DNA from: Psammoneis japonica
Lineage: Eukaryota
Length of the DNA stretch: 64,000 nt
Assembly: GCA_008632985.1 (NCBI GenBank)
Contig: QPGO01000045.1
Location: 186,001 to 250,000 of the forward strand
Direction of reading: 5' to 3'
Below are positions 25,514-38,973 of this stretch, one piece after another. The position numbers and the translations under genes are program-made. Below the pieces are notes generated by a model. That model was not told the origin of the DNA, did no database searches, and worked only from the letters and a program-made list of their open reading frames with translations. How positions within the stretch are numbered: position 1 is the first letter of the stretch; every line of letters begins with the position of its first letter.

Positions 25514-27381
25514 ATGGAGAAGACACGAATCATGCGTCCAATCAACACGAAATCTAGACTAGTTGTCATTGCGGGGACGCTCGTGCTGCTTTTTACAGCC
25601 ATGGCGAGTCGCTATTATGGCAAGCACTCGCCCGATGGAGTGTATCCTCAAGTAAATGATCTCGCCTTTGCTAGTAGCGAGTATTCTCTTCGTCGGGCTC
25701 TGGGTAGCTCACAAGAATGGCAACAGGTTGGGAGCGACATTGTCGGCAAGAGCAAAGAGGAACGAGCTGGTTGGTCGATTGCAATGTCGACAGATGGAAA
25801 ACGCATTGCGGTCGGGCACCTTGGTATGATGGCTCCGATGAAAATGACGGTGTTGTTCGCGTTTACGAGTGGGATGACACCATGCGAAAGTGGAAGCAGA
25901 TGGGCATGGAAGGCCTCACTCACTACAATGCCAATCAAGCAATGCAAGGATCAAATTCTGACTACTTTGGTAAGCGCTTGTCAATGTCTGGGAATGGGTC
26001 ACGTATCGCAGTTGGTGTTCCAGACGCCCTCGTTCTGAAAAATTGTAGTAGAACCAATGAGGACGATCTTCCAAACAACTATGATGACGAAAATTGTTTG
26101 AATGGTTTCTTCGACGTACCCAATGGCGGTGCTGTGTACATCTTTGAATGGGATGGATCACGTTGGAGAGTTATGGACTACTTTGAAAGTTACGATGAAG
26201 GAAGGAGACTAGGAGAGAGTGTGTCCCTTTCAGAAGATGGAAACCGCCTTGTAACCCTGCAACATGGAACGGCTTACATGTACGAGTGGGATGGGGATTC
26301 TGATCTTTGGAAGCCAATTGGTAGTGTCACCGTCGACTCTAACAGCAATTCGGCATCCATATCCGCAATCGGGGACAGAGTCGCAGTCTCTTCTCCTTCT
26401 CGTGTCCAGGTATATGACTACCAAGGCCAAGACCAAGACGTCACGCATTATTTGTGGACTAGCGTTGGTGATTCCATATATCACGATGACATAAATGTCG
26501 TATTCTTATCATCCGATTTAAATCGAATTGGGGTTGGAGACTGCCCATTTCGAGTTTACGACTTGGTGGATGGCTCGTGGGTCCAAGTCGGACCGACCCT
26601 CGAGGATCTCAACTGTGTGAGCAGTCACGTGTCAATGTCTCGAGATGGACGACGTTTGCTGGCATCACGAACGGATGGTTATTTGGCTCGCGTCTATGAA
26701 TATGATGGTTCGTCACTCAAGCAGGTCGGCTCTGATATCCTCGTCGGAGAGACGCAAGAGGAGAGTACAGGACGTGCACTGGCAATTTCAGGCACTGGTG
26801 AACGTGTCGCCGTGGGATCACCCAACACCAATGGTGTCCATGGACTGGATTCTGGAATTGTTCGGGTATTTGATTTCGGAAACTCTCCTACGGCGTCCTT
26901 TCCGAGGAACTTCAACAAGGTGATCTGCGACTACTCAGTCTGTCTTGACAAGTTGTTGGACAAGTACAAGGGGCGGAAGAAGTTTGAAGCAGGGCAAGAT
27001 TTTTACGACACGTCCAGACGCAAAGCGCGTTATGCCAAGACGTCGATTGAAAAGGATGCAAAGTTGATAAAGTCCCTCTACCTGTTGAGACAAGCGGCAA
27101 AGTCAATTGAAGAATTAAAGATGTCCGCACCTGGCTTCTCCAAGGTGATTGGGAAATTCATAAGTGACTGCGCCATTGATTTGACCGAAGATTTTATCAA
27201 TGTGTATCGAGACAAGGGCATTCTTGAAGAGAAATTCCTCGACAGTATGCGCAAGAACCAGTTGGATTTTGCCAAGCATAAACGAAGTGTCCAGAAGTGG
27301 AGGAGAAGCATCGGAAAGAGCAGGACGGCCATTGAATTGATGATGATCAAACTCAACGAGACGACTGTTCCAACCTGCTAA
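25514..27381 (+). CDS. Membrane-anchored or secreted FG-GAP/integrin-alpha-like beta-propeller protein with a helical C-terminal region; one apparent frameshift near 25815
   Basis: N-terminal hydrophobic helix and repeated W.Q.G.DI.G...G.S.A.S.DG.R.AVG.P...G.VRVY units. ORFs 25514-26038 and 25717-27381 join if one G is added at GTCGGGCAC. Confidence 0.72.
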
Positions 27382-27676
27382 AAAAGTAACATTGATAGTT
27401 CATGAGTTTATGGTGAAAATTGTTTAGCCAGCGCTCATTCTCTGTTGCAAGCAACATGCGTACGGAGAACTTGACGTAGCTATATGGCCGTGGTTTCGGC
27501 CTCTAACTATTGGTTGCTCTCGTCCTCACGATGATATGTAGTACCATTGGTCACCATGAGATGTAGTACCATTGGTGCGAGCAATAGGAAAGCATTCAAG
27601 CCGGACCGAACAAGTATTCGTGTCTAACCAAACATTGGTTGAATTGTTGCTGGAAGCCATTGCTTGAAGGCATTCG

Positions 27677-28519
27677 TTACTCTTGTTCCATTTCATCATT
27701 TTGACCACGTGAATTCAACGCCTTGTCCGTATCATTCACCAGCGAAATTCGAAACAACTCTCCGTTTTGTAACACTGTACCAGAGATTCCCGTCTTGGCC
27801 ACGGCGAGATCCGTCAAGTAGTCATCACATGGTTGCGGCGTGAATAGGCTGTTGAGTGTAGCCAACCGATCGCGTTTTGGTGTGATCGCATCGTAGCCAA
27901 CCGTAATGTGTGGCTGGAATCCATCTCGTACATTGGGTGATCCAAAGGTATGAATGCGCTCAAAGGCTCGTTTTCGTTCAGGCTCGGGCAAGGAGTGAAT
28001 CCAATCGGGAATGACGGGTGGACGATGAATGTACTGCATGGTGGCATTGACCACGATATCCGACAAGTGACGAAGACATTGACTCTCGTCATTGACGAAG
28101 AACATGGCGTATCCTTCTCGTATGGTTGGAATTGGAGGCCAGTCTACTCGACATGTTTTTGTTGTGTTCTGAAGAGCATGTTGGAGCGCGTCATAAATCG
28201 TGTCGAGCTTGGATTCCACGACCGTTCCGTTTTCATCCTCGACATTGAAGTCTACCAAGTAGAGTGTAATGTGTGGGCTGTGTTTGGAAAAGAAATCAAT
28301 TTCTTCCGACACTGCACCACTGTCGTTAGAACATGCTGCTTGTCGGAGGGCTAGATTGCAGGCGAGTGCCACGTTCTCCAAACACTGCTGCGAGTGGGTG
28401 CCGGAATTTAATTTGAGTGGTAAATGAATATTCAAAAGTAGGCCTTCTGCACAAGCCGATATGATCGAGAGAACAAGCGTCGCAATAGCGTAGCTCTGTT
28501 TTGTTTTCATCGCCGCCAT
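27677..28519 (-). CDS. 2H-phosphoesterase-like protein with signal peptide
   Basis: Two HxT motifs (SPHITLY and QPHITVG) about 120 aa apart; hydrophobic leader after MAAMKTKQ. Confidence 0.7.
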   Translation of the reverse strand: MAAMKTKQSYAIATLVLSIISACAEGLLLNIHLPLKLNSGTHSQQCLENVALACNLALRQAACSNDSGAVSEEIDFFSKHSPHITLYLVDFNVEDENGTVVESKLDTIYDALQHALQNTTKTCRVDWPPIPTIREGYAMFFVNDESQCLRHLSDIVVNATMQYIHRPPVIPDWIHSLPEPERKRAFERIHTFGSPNVRDGFQPHITVGYDAITPKRDRLATLNSLFTPQPCDDYLTDLAVAKTGISGTVLQNGELFRISLVNDTDKALNSRGQNDEMEQE

Positions 28520-28821
28520 GGTGATGTCACGTGTCAAAAAATTCTTGAAGAGAAGAAAAATTGAAAATGCCAAAATGCCAAAAAACTGCCGCCAACAAGC
28601 TGGACGGGCAAAGCTTCAGAAGGTGTCGGACAGAGAGACACCAACAATGCATCTTACGTAGGTTTTGGTATATTTTCTACACACGAATCAAGATATGCGA
28701 ACTCGCCAAACACAAAAAATCTTCCGTGCTCTTCATCGCCCACGCGACACAACACAACTTTGACCAGTGTTTTGTGTGTTACATCCATAACCATAACAAC
28801 AACAACATACTGTAAGCAACC

Positions 28822-30211
28822 ATGTCTTCTTCTGAACCAGCAGAACAGCCAATGGAAGTACAAGCAGAAGATTCCAAGGACGATACCAGCGAATCACAAC
28901 AACAGCCAACAGTAACGCCGCCAGAATTGCCTCTGGATTGGACTCGTGTCAATGAAGCCACAGCAGGCCCAACGTCTGTGATTCGCTTGCCCCAAGATGT
29001 GGATGACTTTACCAAGGAGGATGATTCCATTTGCATTGTCGGAACCGCCGGACAAAAATTACCAAAATGGGCGAAAATCTAGCGAGTTATTGCAATCCGA
29101 ATTTGGAACAATTGGTGCTACGGTCGCATCTGATTCAAACCATGGAGGGATTGCGGGGATTTCAGAATTTGGAACTTCTTGAATTGTATGATAATATGAT
29201 TGAAGAATTGAGAGAACTAGGGAGTGACAACGACGATGATAAGGACGATTATCCTGGAAAGACTCTTCGGGTGTTGGATATGAGCTACAATGTTATTCGA
29301 GACATGCGACCGGTATGCTTTTGTACCAATCTGCAGGAGCTCTATCTGGCCAACAACAAACTCAAGAGCATGGCGGGATTAAGTGGCTTGACAAAGCTAC
29401 GAAAAATGACTTGGGAGCGAATCGTATTCGTGTCATGGACGAAAAGGAACTGTCAGGATTGGTTAATCTGGAGAATTGTGGCTGGGCAAAAACAAGATTG
29501 AAAAGATTCAGGGACTCGAAAAGGTATGTGCATGCAATTCGTTGTTGTGGATACCGCGTGTACTGTACCGCTGCTTGGGCATAAGTGGAAAATGGAATGA
29601 CGCTCACGTTCTCTATTGCTGCTCAACATCACCATTACGTCGTGCTTTTTTAAAGTTGACAAAGCTCAGACGACTGGATGTACAGTCCAATCGTCTCACG
29701 TCGGTGGAAAACTTGTCTACTCAAATCGATACACTGGAAGAACTTTACTTGGCACACAATGGAATCACCAATGAGGGTGCTTCCCAGCCCACCGGATTGG
29801 GACTAGCCTTTACGGAACTGAATACGCTCGACTTGAGTCGGAACTTGGTCACCCTTGATGAGTTGGGCTGTCTGGAAACAAGATTGCAACGTTTGAAAGC
29901 GTCCAGCCTCTAGCAGCTTTAGGAACGTCTCCGGGGCACTTGGAAGGCTTGTATCTAGAATACAATCCAGTCGCGGACGAATTTGAATACCGCAAAAAGC
30001 TCAAGGAGATTATTCCCTCGTTGAAACAAATTGACGCAAACCTCATTGGCGGTTTGGCTATGCACGGTATTCAACCGGTTCACACGGGTGGTGGTGCAGC
30101 GGAAAGCGTAGAAGATCGGTTGCGGCGTTTGCAAGATATTGCTGTGGCCAAGGCTCGGGCAGAAAAGGAAGCGTTGCAAGCAAAGAGCAGGAGAAGGAAG
30201 GGAATGCCTAG
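28822..30211 (+). CDS. SDS22: Protein phosphatase 1 regulatory subunit 7 (SDS22-like LRR protein); several apparent frameshifts; intron 29524-29655
   Basis: LELLELYDNMIEEL, LRVLDMSYNVI, LQELYLANNKL, DLGANRIR, LWLGKNKIEKI, LDVQSNRLT, LEELYLAHNGI, LYLEYNPV...YRKKL...IPSLKQIDA spread over shifting frames. Confidence 0.85.
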
Positions 30212-30301
30212 AGAGGAAAAAAAGAGCTGTTTGACCAAAATGCAGTTTAACAATAAATTCTGTGTATGTAATCTTTTTCCATGTAGCGTAATCTTTGTAC
30301 A

Positions 30302-33300
30302 TTATCCCGCGTTCACTTCAGAAAGTGTGGATGTGTTGAGAGCCTCGTTCATGGCATGACTGCTAATTACTCGTAGAGCACGTTGTCGATCTTTTCGTCC
30401 GGTTAAAATGCTCACAATGTCACGGACTCTCATTCCACTCACAGGAATCTCATCAATGGCTATCAAAATGTCAGAGGCAAACACCCATCCCGACAAGGGA
30501 CTGTCTCGTGCGACATCGCTCACTACAGCATGACCGCGATACTCAACAAACGTGACACCAATGCGACCAGGAGGAGCCGACACGACACGATGGTAGGGTT
30601 CACTTTCACTTTCGCTCCGAGGGAAAGGGGGTAGCGATGCGTTGGCCCCAAGAGGCGATGCCGGGGGCTTTAGAAATGGTGGAAGATCTTCTTGCGGCAC
30701 TGGATCGGGAAAGTTCCGAGTTTCATCGTCAAAGGACGGAGCACGAAAATCGGGGGGATGGTTCTGCGCTGGCTTTCGTCGCCCTAAAAGCCCCAAGGCG
30801 CCTCCAATCGTACTCATCAAACCGGACTGTTGTTCTTTATTACTTCGTTGACTACCGCTGCTCCGAGATATGCTGGAGCCAACACTTGCTTCGTCACCCA
30901 TCAGAGAGGAGGCAGGATGTGTTAAAAATTGATCAGCGTCATTCTCGGCTTGAGCTGTCGGTGGTTGCGACGGAACCTGGTGAGCTCGCGAAGAATTCGT
31001 AATGTGAGCAGTTATCGCACTGTGAGTAACGCTGTCGCTTCTAGTTTCGAACGATCTCGAGAAATTGCCTAAACGAAAGTACTCCGCTCCTTCCGACCTT
31101 GAGTTGTCTTCTGCTGGTTCCTCTACAACGTGATTGCTTCCATGACTTGCTTTAAAGGCCATCATGTGCTTCTTGTCAGCTCGCTGACCAGCAAAGGCAT
31201 TAGAATTAGATGAAGCCTGGGATTGATCGTCAGTGGAACCAGCTCCAGGCATGGAGGTTGAAACAGTAACTGCCATGTCATATGTTGTCATTCGATGAGC
31301 ACGCGTCGTCACGTCAACGCGAATGTCTGATCTTCTCAAGAGTAATGGCAAAAGATGCATAGAGAATCCGTCTCGCACCTGGTGGTTTAAGCTGGATATC
31401 GTTAACGGTGGTATATTCCGCGGATGTTCTCCACTCAACACTCTGTCCATCCAAGAGAGGAGTGAACTTTGCATAGAGGCATCAGAAGTCCATTGGTCCA
31501 GAAGATCTTTCACAATTGGCGAGCGCAATCCATGGTCTGGTGGAGGTGGTAGCGGTGGAGCGAGCTCGTCCCATTCTGTCGTGAAATTCTCGCCATCCAA
31601 CATGCGAACATTCACAGTTCGCTTGTCTGGAGAGTCGAAAGAAGACTCCAATGCCTGAGCACGAGTTTCTGCTTCATAGGCTTTTTGCACCGCCTCCTTG
31701 TACTCATCGAGCTCTCTTTCGAAGTCAGGATGATCTAGGGTTACAGTATGCCGCTTGGTGCTCTCTGTAGCTTCATCTGCATCCTCAGTGTCTGGTTCCT
31801 GTTTTCCGTTAGCATCGTTGGCTTGGGCTAGCGCAGCTTTTAGCAAAATAATTTCTCGCTTTGCATTCACCAGCGCTGCCCAGTCCCGCGTCTCGTCAAG
31901 AGCAGATCTCTCGGCTGCAATCTCACTCCGGAGAAACGATTCATCGAAGCTGGTAAGAGCATCTCCACTACTGCCTTCACCACTGCTCTTCAGTATTGGG
32001 CTTTCATCATCCCCAATCTCCTCAATAGCGCCACTCTCTTCCACTTTTGATGCGTCCTCTGATGATGCAGTTGAATCATCCGCGTCGAGGATAGAGCGAT
32101 CGGGAGAAGTGTATACGTGCTCTGTACGCGATGTCATCTTTAACCTACCAATCTCGGCGCGGCATTTAGAGAGCTCCTCATTCAGTCGTTGAGCAGCTTC
32201 TTCCTGTTCTCGAGACTTCAACTCCGCGGCGTGTAGCATGGCTTTCATCGCAACAAGGTCCATGTTCTCTGTTGAGACAGGACTTGCTTCCTTGCCTTCT
32301 TCTTCGGGAACAACTTCTGCTCCGACCGTTTTACTAACATTATCACCTTCCTCCTTTACCGGCATGTCTTCACGTCCAATCGAGCGAAGCCATGCTGACG
32401 CCGACGTGGCAGCTTGCTTCATTTCTGAAGCATATGTGTGGGACCGCAGCAATTCATCAACCGCCTTCATTCTTGCTTCGTGGTCAATGCGGGAAGCCGC
32501 CGTGCTTTCGCCTCCCTTCGTGTGAGTCCTGCTTATTTGGCGCAGGAGATCGATGGCCTCAAAAAGATCCGAATCACCAGAATCTGACAAAACACTTGAG
32601 CCCGCTTCGCTTTCATCTATTTGATTAGATTTCTGAATGCTTGTAGCGACGTTGCTGCGTTCTTCAATGTCTGGCGCAGTTGAAGAATCGCCAATATCGA
32701 GTGGACTAGCTTTTCCCGAATGGTTGGTCTCTTTTTCAGATGAGACAGATTGGCCACTTGCGGTTTCCTCAATGACTTCTTCACCTTTGCCTCTTTTCTC
32801 CGTGTCTTCTGCAGATGTTTTGTCATCCTTTTGAACAAAGTCCCTGCTTCGCTGAACAAGGCACGCAAGAATATCCAATGCATCCTCTCTTTCAATCTCG
32901 ATCCGATTTGGAGTACGAAGGGACACGGCGTCTCTAGAACTTAGAACAGCAGGACTGTAGGCTTTTCGCATCAGAAACCGACTTGGAGTTGTTGACTCGT
33001 CTGCTTCTGCAATGGCTTCTGAATACATGTCCGGCTGAAACATGTGTACTGCATCCGGCGCCCGAAAAGCGCTAGAGTTGGCAGTTGCGTGGAAACTCGA
33101 GCCGTTGGGACGCAAGACACGAAAGTCTCGTCTTATGAAAGGTCCAGTATGTCCAGGTACGGCCAAAACCGATGAAGCTGCATCCCAACTTTTACTGCGA
33201 TATTGACTCGCGTCCGGTCGCTCGGCTTCGGCACTTGAAGCGGACATGGAGGATGAACTCTCTCGAATTGTTCTCACATAATTCTTTCCTTCCTCAGCAG

Positions 33301-34857
33301 ACGGATCGTAAGACAAGCCTCCTCGAGCAAAACGCAACGGTGAGGAGAGGGAATTCGCATGGCGTAATCGGGTGACTTGCGGCTTCTGAGGAGAACTGAA
33401 AGCTCTATAACGAGGGGATAGCAAATGTGCATTGTAGTCGTTCCTGGCAAACTGTTGGGAACTGAAATGAGCCAAAGAGCCTGGTGAACGGAGGAGAAAA
33501 GAAGGTGGTACAGAGCTGCCGGGTCTTGGACGTGCGTAGTCTGGTCTTGGTGTGGGAGGTGTTGGTGGTGGTGCCGTTACTCCGTTTGTAGGTGTTGGAA
33601 TAGGCGTCCTCATTTGAGTCAAACTGCCAACACCGCTGCCTGCTATGCGACGAAACGCTGCTGTAACCATTGAAGATGCCGACGTTTCTGGTTGATCGTG
33701 ATCATTTTGAGGGATATTCTCGCTTGGTATTTCTGGGGCTGAATGTGCCATCTGACTCTGGTTTTCATTTGGTGGTGGACGATGGGAAGGAGAAAGCTTA
33801 AGCGGCGACGGCATCTCCGCGAGGGGATTCCTCGGACCCGGACCTTCCAAAGACGGTAGAGCAAGACCAGCAACTTCTGAAGTTAATGCAACAGACTCAA
33901 GTTCATCCGAGGCGCATTCATGGGATCGATCCGAATATTGAAGAGAAGCAAAGTCGGGCTCTTCTTTCATGGGAGTAAGGAGTGGTGCTGTCTTCGAATT
34001 CCCTTCCTCCGCTTCAACCATTGCAGCCATAGCTTGGACATCTGCTAAACGACCTGGCGCTTCAATTACTGTTCCATATTCTGATATATTCGAGTTTACA
34101 TCTGACATGGCATCATTATTCCGTCCCGCGGTTGCTCCATTTCTTTCAGCGTTTCCATTGTCAACGGCCTAATTTCTGGTACATCGTCCGAGTTTTTTCG
34201 CGATACATTGCTTTTGACTGGTGTGTCAAGACTTTCTTCATCGCGTCCCTGTTGTGAAAATTGATAACCCAACGCGGAGCTGGAAACTCCCGAACTCGTA
34301 GCAGTCAAAGCAAACGAGGATTGAGCTACATTCGATTCTGCATCCTGCGTGTCGTTCTCTGGCTCTACAGCTTTGAGACTAGGCGATGTTGTCGGGAAGG
34401 GCATTATTCGTGGCGTCACAGATGTCATACCTCCCACAAATGCTGTGGTGGATACACTTCTTTCGGGCGGGGCCGGTCTCACCATGGGCCGAGGAGACGG
34501 GGGAACTTCTGCGGTATTTTTGTTGCTACTACTGCTTGGATTTGTCAGCGGAAACGGACGAGTCGTTTTGGAAGGAGGCAAGCCTGGAGGCAATTCGTCA
34601 GGGCCATTCTCCATCTCGCTGTTAACTTCATCCGACTGCGAATACGACGTGGCACCGGTCTCTGTGTTCATACTGTCGTCAACTGGTCGAGTTGTTGTGG
34701 GCTGGGAAATCAACGAAGGAATTTGTGTAGAGCCGGAGGGTGCGTATCCTCCGACTCGATCACCGTCATACTGTTCCTCGTGTTGTTGCGGTTTCGATGT
34801 CGCTCGATTATCGTGAACGGCTGTTGTGGCTTCTGAACTCGTCGTCATGTCTTCCAT
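30302..34857 (-). CDS. Large low-complexity/coiled-coil protein with a C-terminal PDZ-like domain; probable frameshift near 34170 joins ORFs 34096-34857 and 30302-34108
   Basis: 1268-aa open frame. C-terminus VSAPPGRIGVTF...VSDVARDSPL.G.....DILIAID is PDZ-like. The upstream 253-aa ORF has similar S/T/P-rich composition and overlaps it. Confidence 0.75.
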
Positions 34858-37535
34858 GCTGTCATGGCTTGCAGCCGTTCTGGTTGTGGACGAAATGTAT
34901 CGTTGGCACCAGCATCTGTGAAACTGGGAAACAAGAGGTTCTTAACTAACCCTCCTCCCTTCTCCGTCATTGTGAAATGCTATTATCTCGATGTATAAGA
35001 AGCTTCCGACAAGAGACAACCCTCATCCGCCGGATGTTCTGTTGTTCGCGTTTGTTGGCTTCTTTTCTCATTCTGACTTCTCCGTCGGCGGCAAACCGTT
35101 GAAAGCAGTGTTCAGAGTATGGACGTGCAGCGATTTGGATACAAAAAAAAAATAATTCTAATTAACTAATACCTTGAAATACAAAAAAATTATTACAACC
35201 TTCGTAATGAAAACTAATAATGAGAAAATGAATCTACAGTACTTAAGATCGGAGAACAAAATTTTCGATTATTGAGACCTCCAGATATGATTAAAGTGAA
35301 CATACAAGTTTAAGACTGAGAAGACAAAGCGCCGAAAACCAGCAAGAACCAGCAGCTGCTGGGGCCCCAGTGGAGAGCAGAGAGTGCTAAGTAGAGAGAA
35401 CAGTGCACCGGTGTGTTGTACATGCTGTAACATGCTTGGCCAAAGTGAATATGGGTGGTGTGAGAACAAGCTGCATGCTGGCAGACTGTGTGAGAGAGAG
35501 TCAGCACCAGCACTGTCGCCACCACACAAAGCGTGCCTTGGTTGAATCGACAAATCTTGAAACAATCTCGGCTCTTCTTCATTGCTCTCCTGCTGTGGCT
35601 CTGAAAGATCAAATTCTGGTGTGGCATGAGGTGACAGCTCTCTTGTTCTGATGAGAAAAAGCAGTGCGGTGGCTCTGCTCCCCTCCTCACCCCATTGTCG
35701 ACTCTCCTCAAAAAGTTTGCCTTCTTCTTCTTCTGGTTGGCAACAACAGACGTGCTGGGCTGAAAATTTTGTGTCAACTCATGGGTCACCTGGTTTTCTG
35801 TCAAGACTGAGTCTGCTGCTGCATGTTCTGCCACTCTGAGATGCACGCAGGAGACAACAGAGAAGATCCTGAGAGGACGGCATGGTGGTGTCAAACCTCC
35901 TGGCTGGCACTCTGAGAGAAATGTTTCCACCATCAGAGCACATGGTGTTTGCAGCTTTGCTTCCTGGCAGCAAATGGCTGCCAACTCCTTGGTTGTGTGC
36001 TGAGGCTGTGAAAAAAGAGTGATCATGCTGCACAGCCTGGCCTGTTGCTCCATCAGAGAGGGGGCAGGAACAACTTCAGTGCAAGGTCACACTGGAGAGT
36101 TGAGTGCAAACCTGCATTGTGGCCCAGGTCTGCTGATTTTCAAAGTGGGTCATGTGGGTGGAAGCCAACATGTGTGGGGCCAGCAACTCCTTCATCTTGA
36201 TGAATGAGCGCCAAATCCCTCCAAGCCTTGACCACCCAGATGCATGGGTTTGTCTTCTTGTTTGCACCAAACAAGATTGACTTGATTGAGATTTTCCATT
36301 GGAGCCACCATGTCCCACTCCTTTGCAACCCTCTCAAACATTGTCACTTGTTCAAGAACCTTGTGATGGACAGCTTTCATGCACTGTCTCATGATCACAC
36401 TGAGTGCCCTTGCCTTCTGCATCTTGCAGATCCTCTCCTGTTTCACACATTGACTGCATTGCCTCCCGCAGATTGCCTTGTCCTGCTCTGATGTGGCGGC
36501 ATTGCTCAACGGATGTTTTGGCTCCTCCAGTTTTCAATCTCCTGCCTTAAAGACACCAGTGCCTCCTGCATCTCTGGCTGGAACATTCTTCCAACATGCT
36601 TGCTTGTTTTGCTCATGGTCTCTGTTCAACCATCTGCTTGTCAACCCATCTTTGCGGTGGCATCAGGCACCCACTCCTTTAAATCCATCATGCTTCCATG
36701 CTCAGCTGTGTCCTTGCCCATGTCTCTGATCCAACACAACCTTGCTGTGCCCTCTTTCAGCAGACCATTGACAACTTCCCACAGCAAGGTCCTCCAATGA
36801 TTGTCTCTTTGCCTTCATCCAGCCAGCTTGTTTGCCACAATCCACTGACATGAGTTGTTGTGCGTTTGGGTTCTTGATGGCTTCCCAACTGGCCTTTCTG
36901 GCTTCTGCACTGGGATTTCATGGCTTGCCAATTGGTGTGTGCTTGCTGGTCTCACCAACTTCCAAACTCACTGCATGGATTGCAAACACAGCCATTTTCT
37001 TCACTGCTGCAGACAATGGCAACATTTTCATGTGTTGCTCACTGCATCTTCATGGGTTTGGCAGACTTGGTGCCCTCCCAGCCTCTTGTCTTGTGCCTCA
37101 CTGTGAGTCTAGAAGGCAACGGACATTCAGGGGATCAGGGTTGGCAACTGAAGGCCTTCATGTGGAGGGCATCAACAACGATGGGAGCAATGCACATTTT
37201 TGCAAGACGAGTCACACAGTGCAAAGGACAAATCTCTGCTTTCTGTTGCTGGGGTGGGTGTGTCGGCGATTCTGAACAAGACAAGAACCACATGCATGGG
37301 TGACTTTAGAGAGCAACTGCTTTGGTCCAGGGCACTGCCACCACCTCAGCAGGACCATGCCTTGATGACATGACACAGCAATGCTGCCAAATGGGAGCAA
37401 CACAACCACACACAAATGCATCCAATGCACAGCACACACACACACACAAACATGTGTGCTCATGTGTTGCTGCTGTGACAGCAGCCAGGAAAACAGGGAA
37501 CAAATCTGTGGATGTGACTCTGTCCATTTGTCCCC

Positions 37536-37630
37536 CTTTGGCAAGTTTGGCAAGTTTGTCAACTTTGGCAAGTTTGGCAAGTTTGGTGACTTTGGTGAGT
37601 TTGTCAACTTTGCCAACTTTGTCAACTTTG
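37536..37630 (+). repeat. Short outlying array of the 9-bp satellite
   Basis: About 10 units of TTTGGCAAG / TTTGTCAAC / TTTGGTGAC. Confidence 0.9.
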
Positions 37631-38973
37631 ATGTGCTGTGTCGTGACTCACTGTGGCGAGGCAACCAACTGAAGAACTGGTCGGTCATGACCAACTCGCC
37701 GAGTCACAGAGTTCAGTGCGATTTCGCATCGTTGTGGAGGAGACATCAAGGGGAAGATTTCTGCTGTGCAACCAGAGGCATGCACTGTGTTGTGATTCAC
37801 AGTGGGTCAACCACAATGGAAGAGAACCAGTCGGTCGTGACCAACTCACCGAATCGAGGAATTCGGAAAACTCTCCAGATGCCAACAAGAAAGCAAGGAA
37901 AACACTGTGGCAATTCTCACCAGTGTCAAAAGTCCCATCTTTTTCTTTTCAGAATGGAGATGAATTTGTGTGAGCCGGATCTTGCATTTTTCAATTCGTG
38001 TGGTGTTCTCGTTGTTTAAAATGGAGATGCATCTCCAGCAGTTTTTCGCCCGCAAGGCACCGGCCATTGCCGAAATGGGAGCGACGCTGAGTTCCCCTCT
38101 CCGGTTGATGAGCTCTCATAAAGCATGACTTGGTGCAACCGAGAAGGATGATGACACTTGGAGAAAAGAAATTGAAAACTGGAAGAGCGAACGTGCATCA
38201 TTCATTGTTCATGTGCCAGCACAGCATCGCGGCACAAGTCTTGAGCTGACTAAAGACACAACAGCAATGCTCTCTAGCCACCGGCAAAAGAGAGTGCTCT
38301 TTGAGCTTGGACGTTGCTCATGACCCCTTGCAAATCTTTGCAACTGCCAGCAACTCATTGCAAACACCTTGCCTTGCTTGTTGGGCTTGAGCATCGTCAG
38401 GCGTCTCCAGTGACAAAGACTCAACAATGTGCTTTTCTGTTTTTGGTCAGTGAAATGGCTTGCCAGAATGTCGTGCGCCTCTGACTGAGACAGAATCAGT
38501 TCATCACCAGCGATGCGTGTGTCTCTCAAGGATCCGTTGAGTGGCTCTGCAGCGGCACTCACCTCGTCCAAAGACACTGACATGCAAACAACCTTGGGTG
38601 CCGATTCGTGTTCCGCCAAACTTGTCTTCGAAAGCCGGGCTGGTGAGTCAGTCAAGCTTGCTCTCAAAGCTTCACTTCCATTGCTTGAGGTTGTGTCGGG
38701 ATGGCTTTGAGAAGCAGCAGCAGATTGCAGTGGCGCACTTGCTGGTGCAATCGGTGAGAGTGAGGTGCTGTGACTGTCCACACCAATGGAGTCTTTCATT
38801 CCCTTTGTCTCTTTGGGCAAATGTTTTGCAATCCAAGCCGAAGTCACTGGAGTCCTTGGCAGTGCACTGCCAATGTTTCCTTTGCTGTGTCAAGTCGCAG
38901 ACTTGTTTGGGGTTGTCTCCAGGCAAGAAAATTGAAGAGACAGACTTTGTCAACTTTGGCAAGTTTGGTGAGT

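Noticed and set aside
35140..35310. AT-rich tract as an insulator or boundary element
   Set aside because: It coincides with the block edge, but a similar AT-rich stretch lies at about 24980-25070 in ordinary intergenic DNA, so it is not specific.
35300..37300. Assignment of this decayed segment to a specific TE superfamily
   Set aside because: No motif survives clearly enough to name it by eye.
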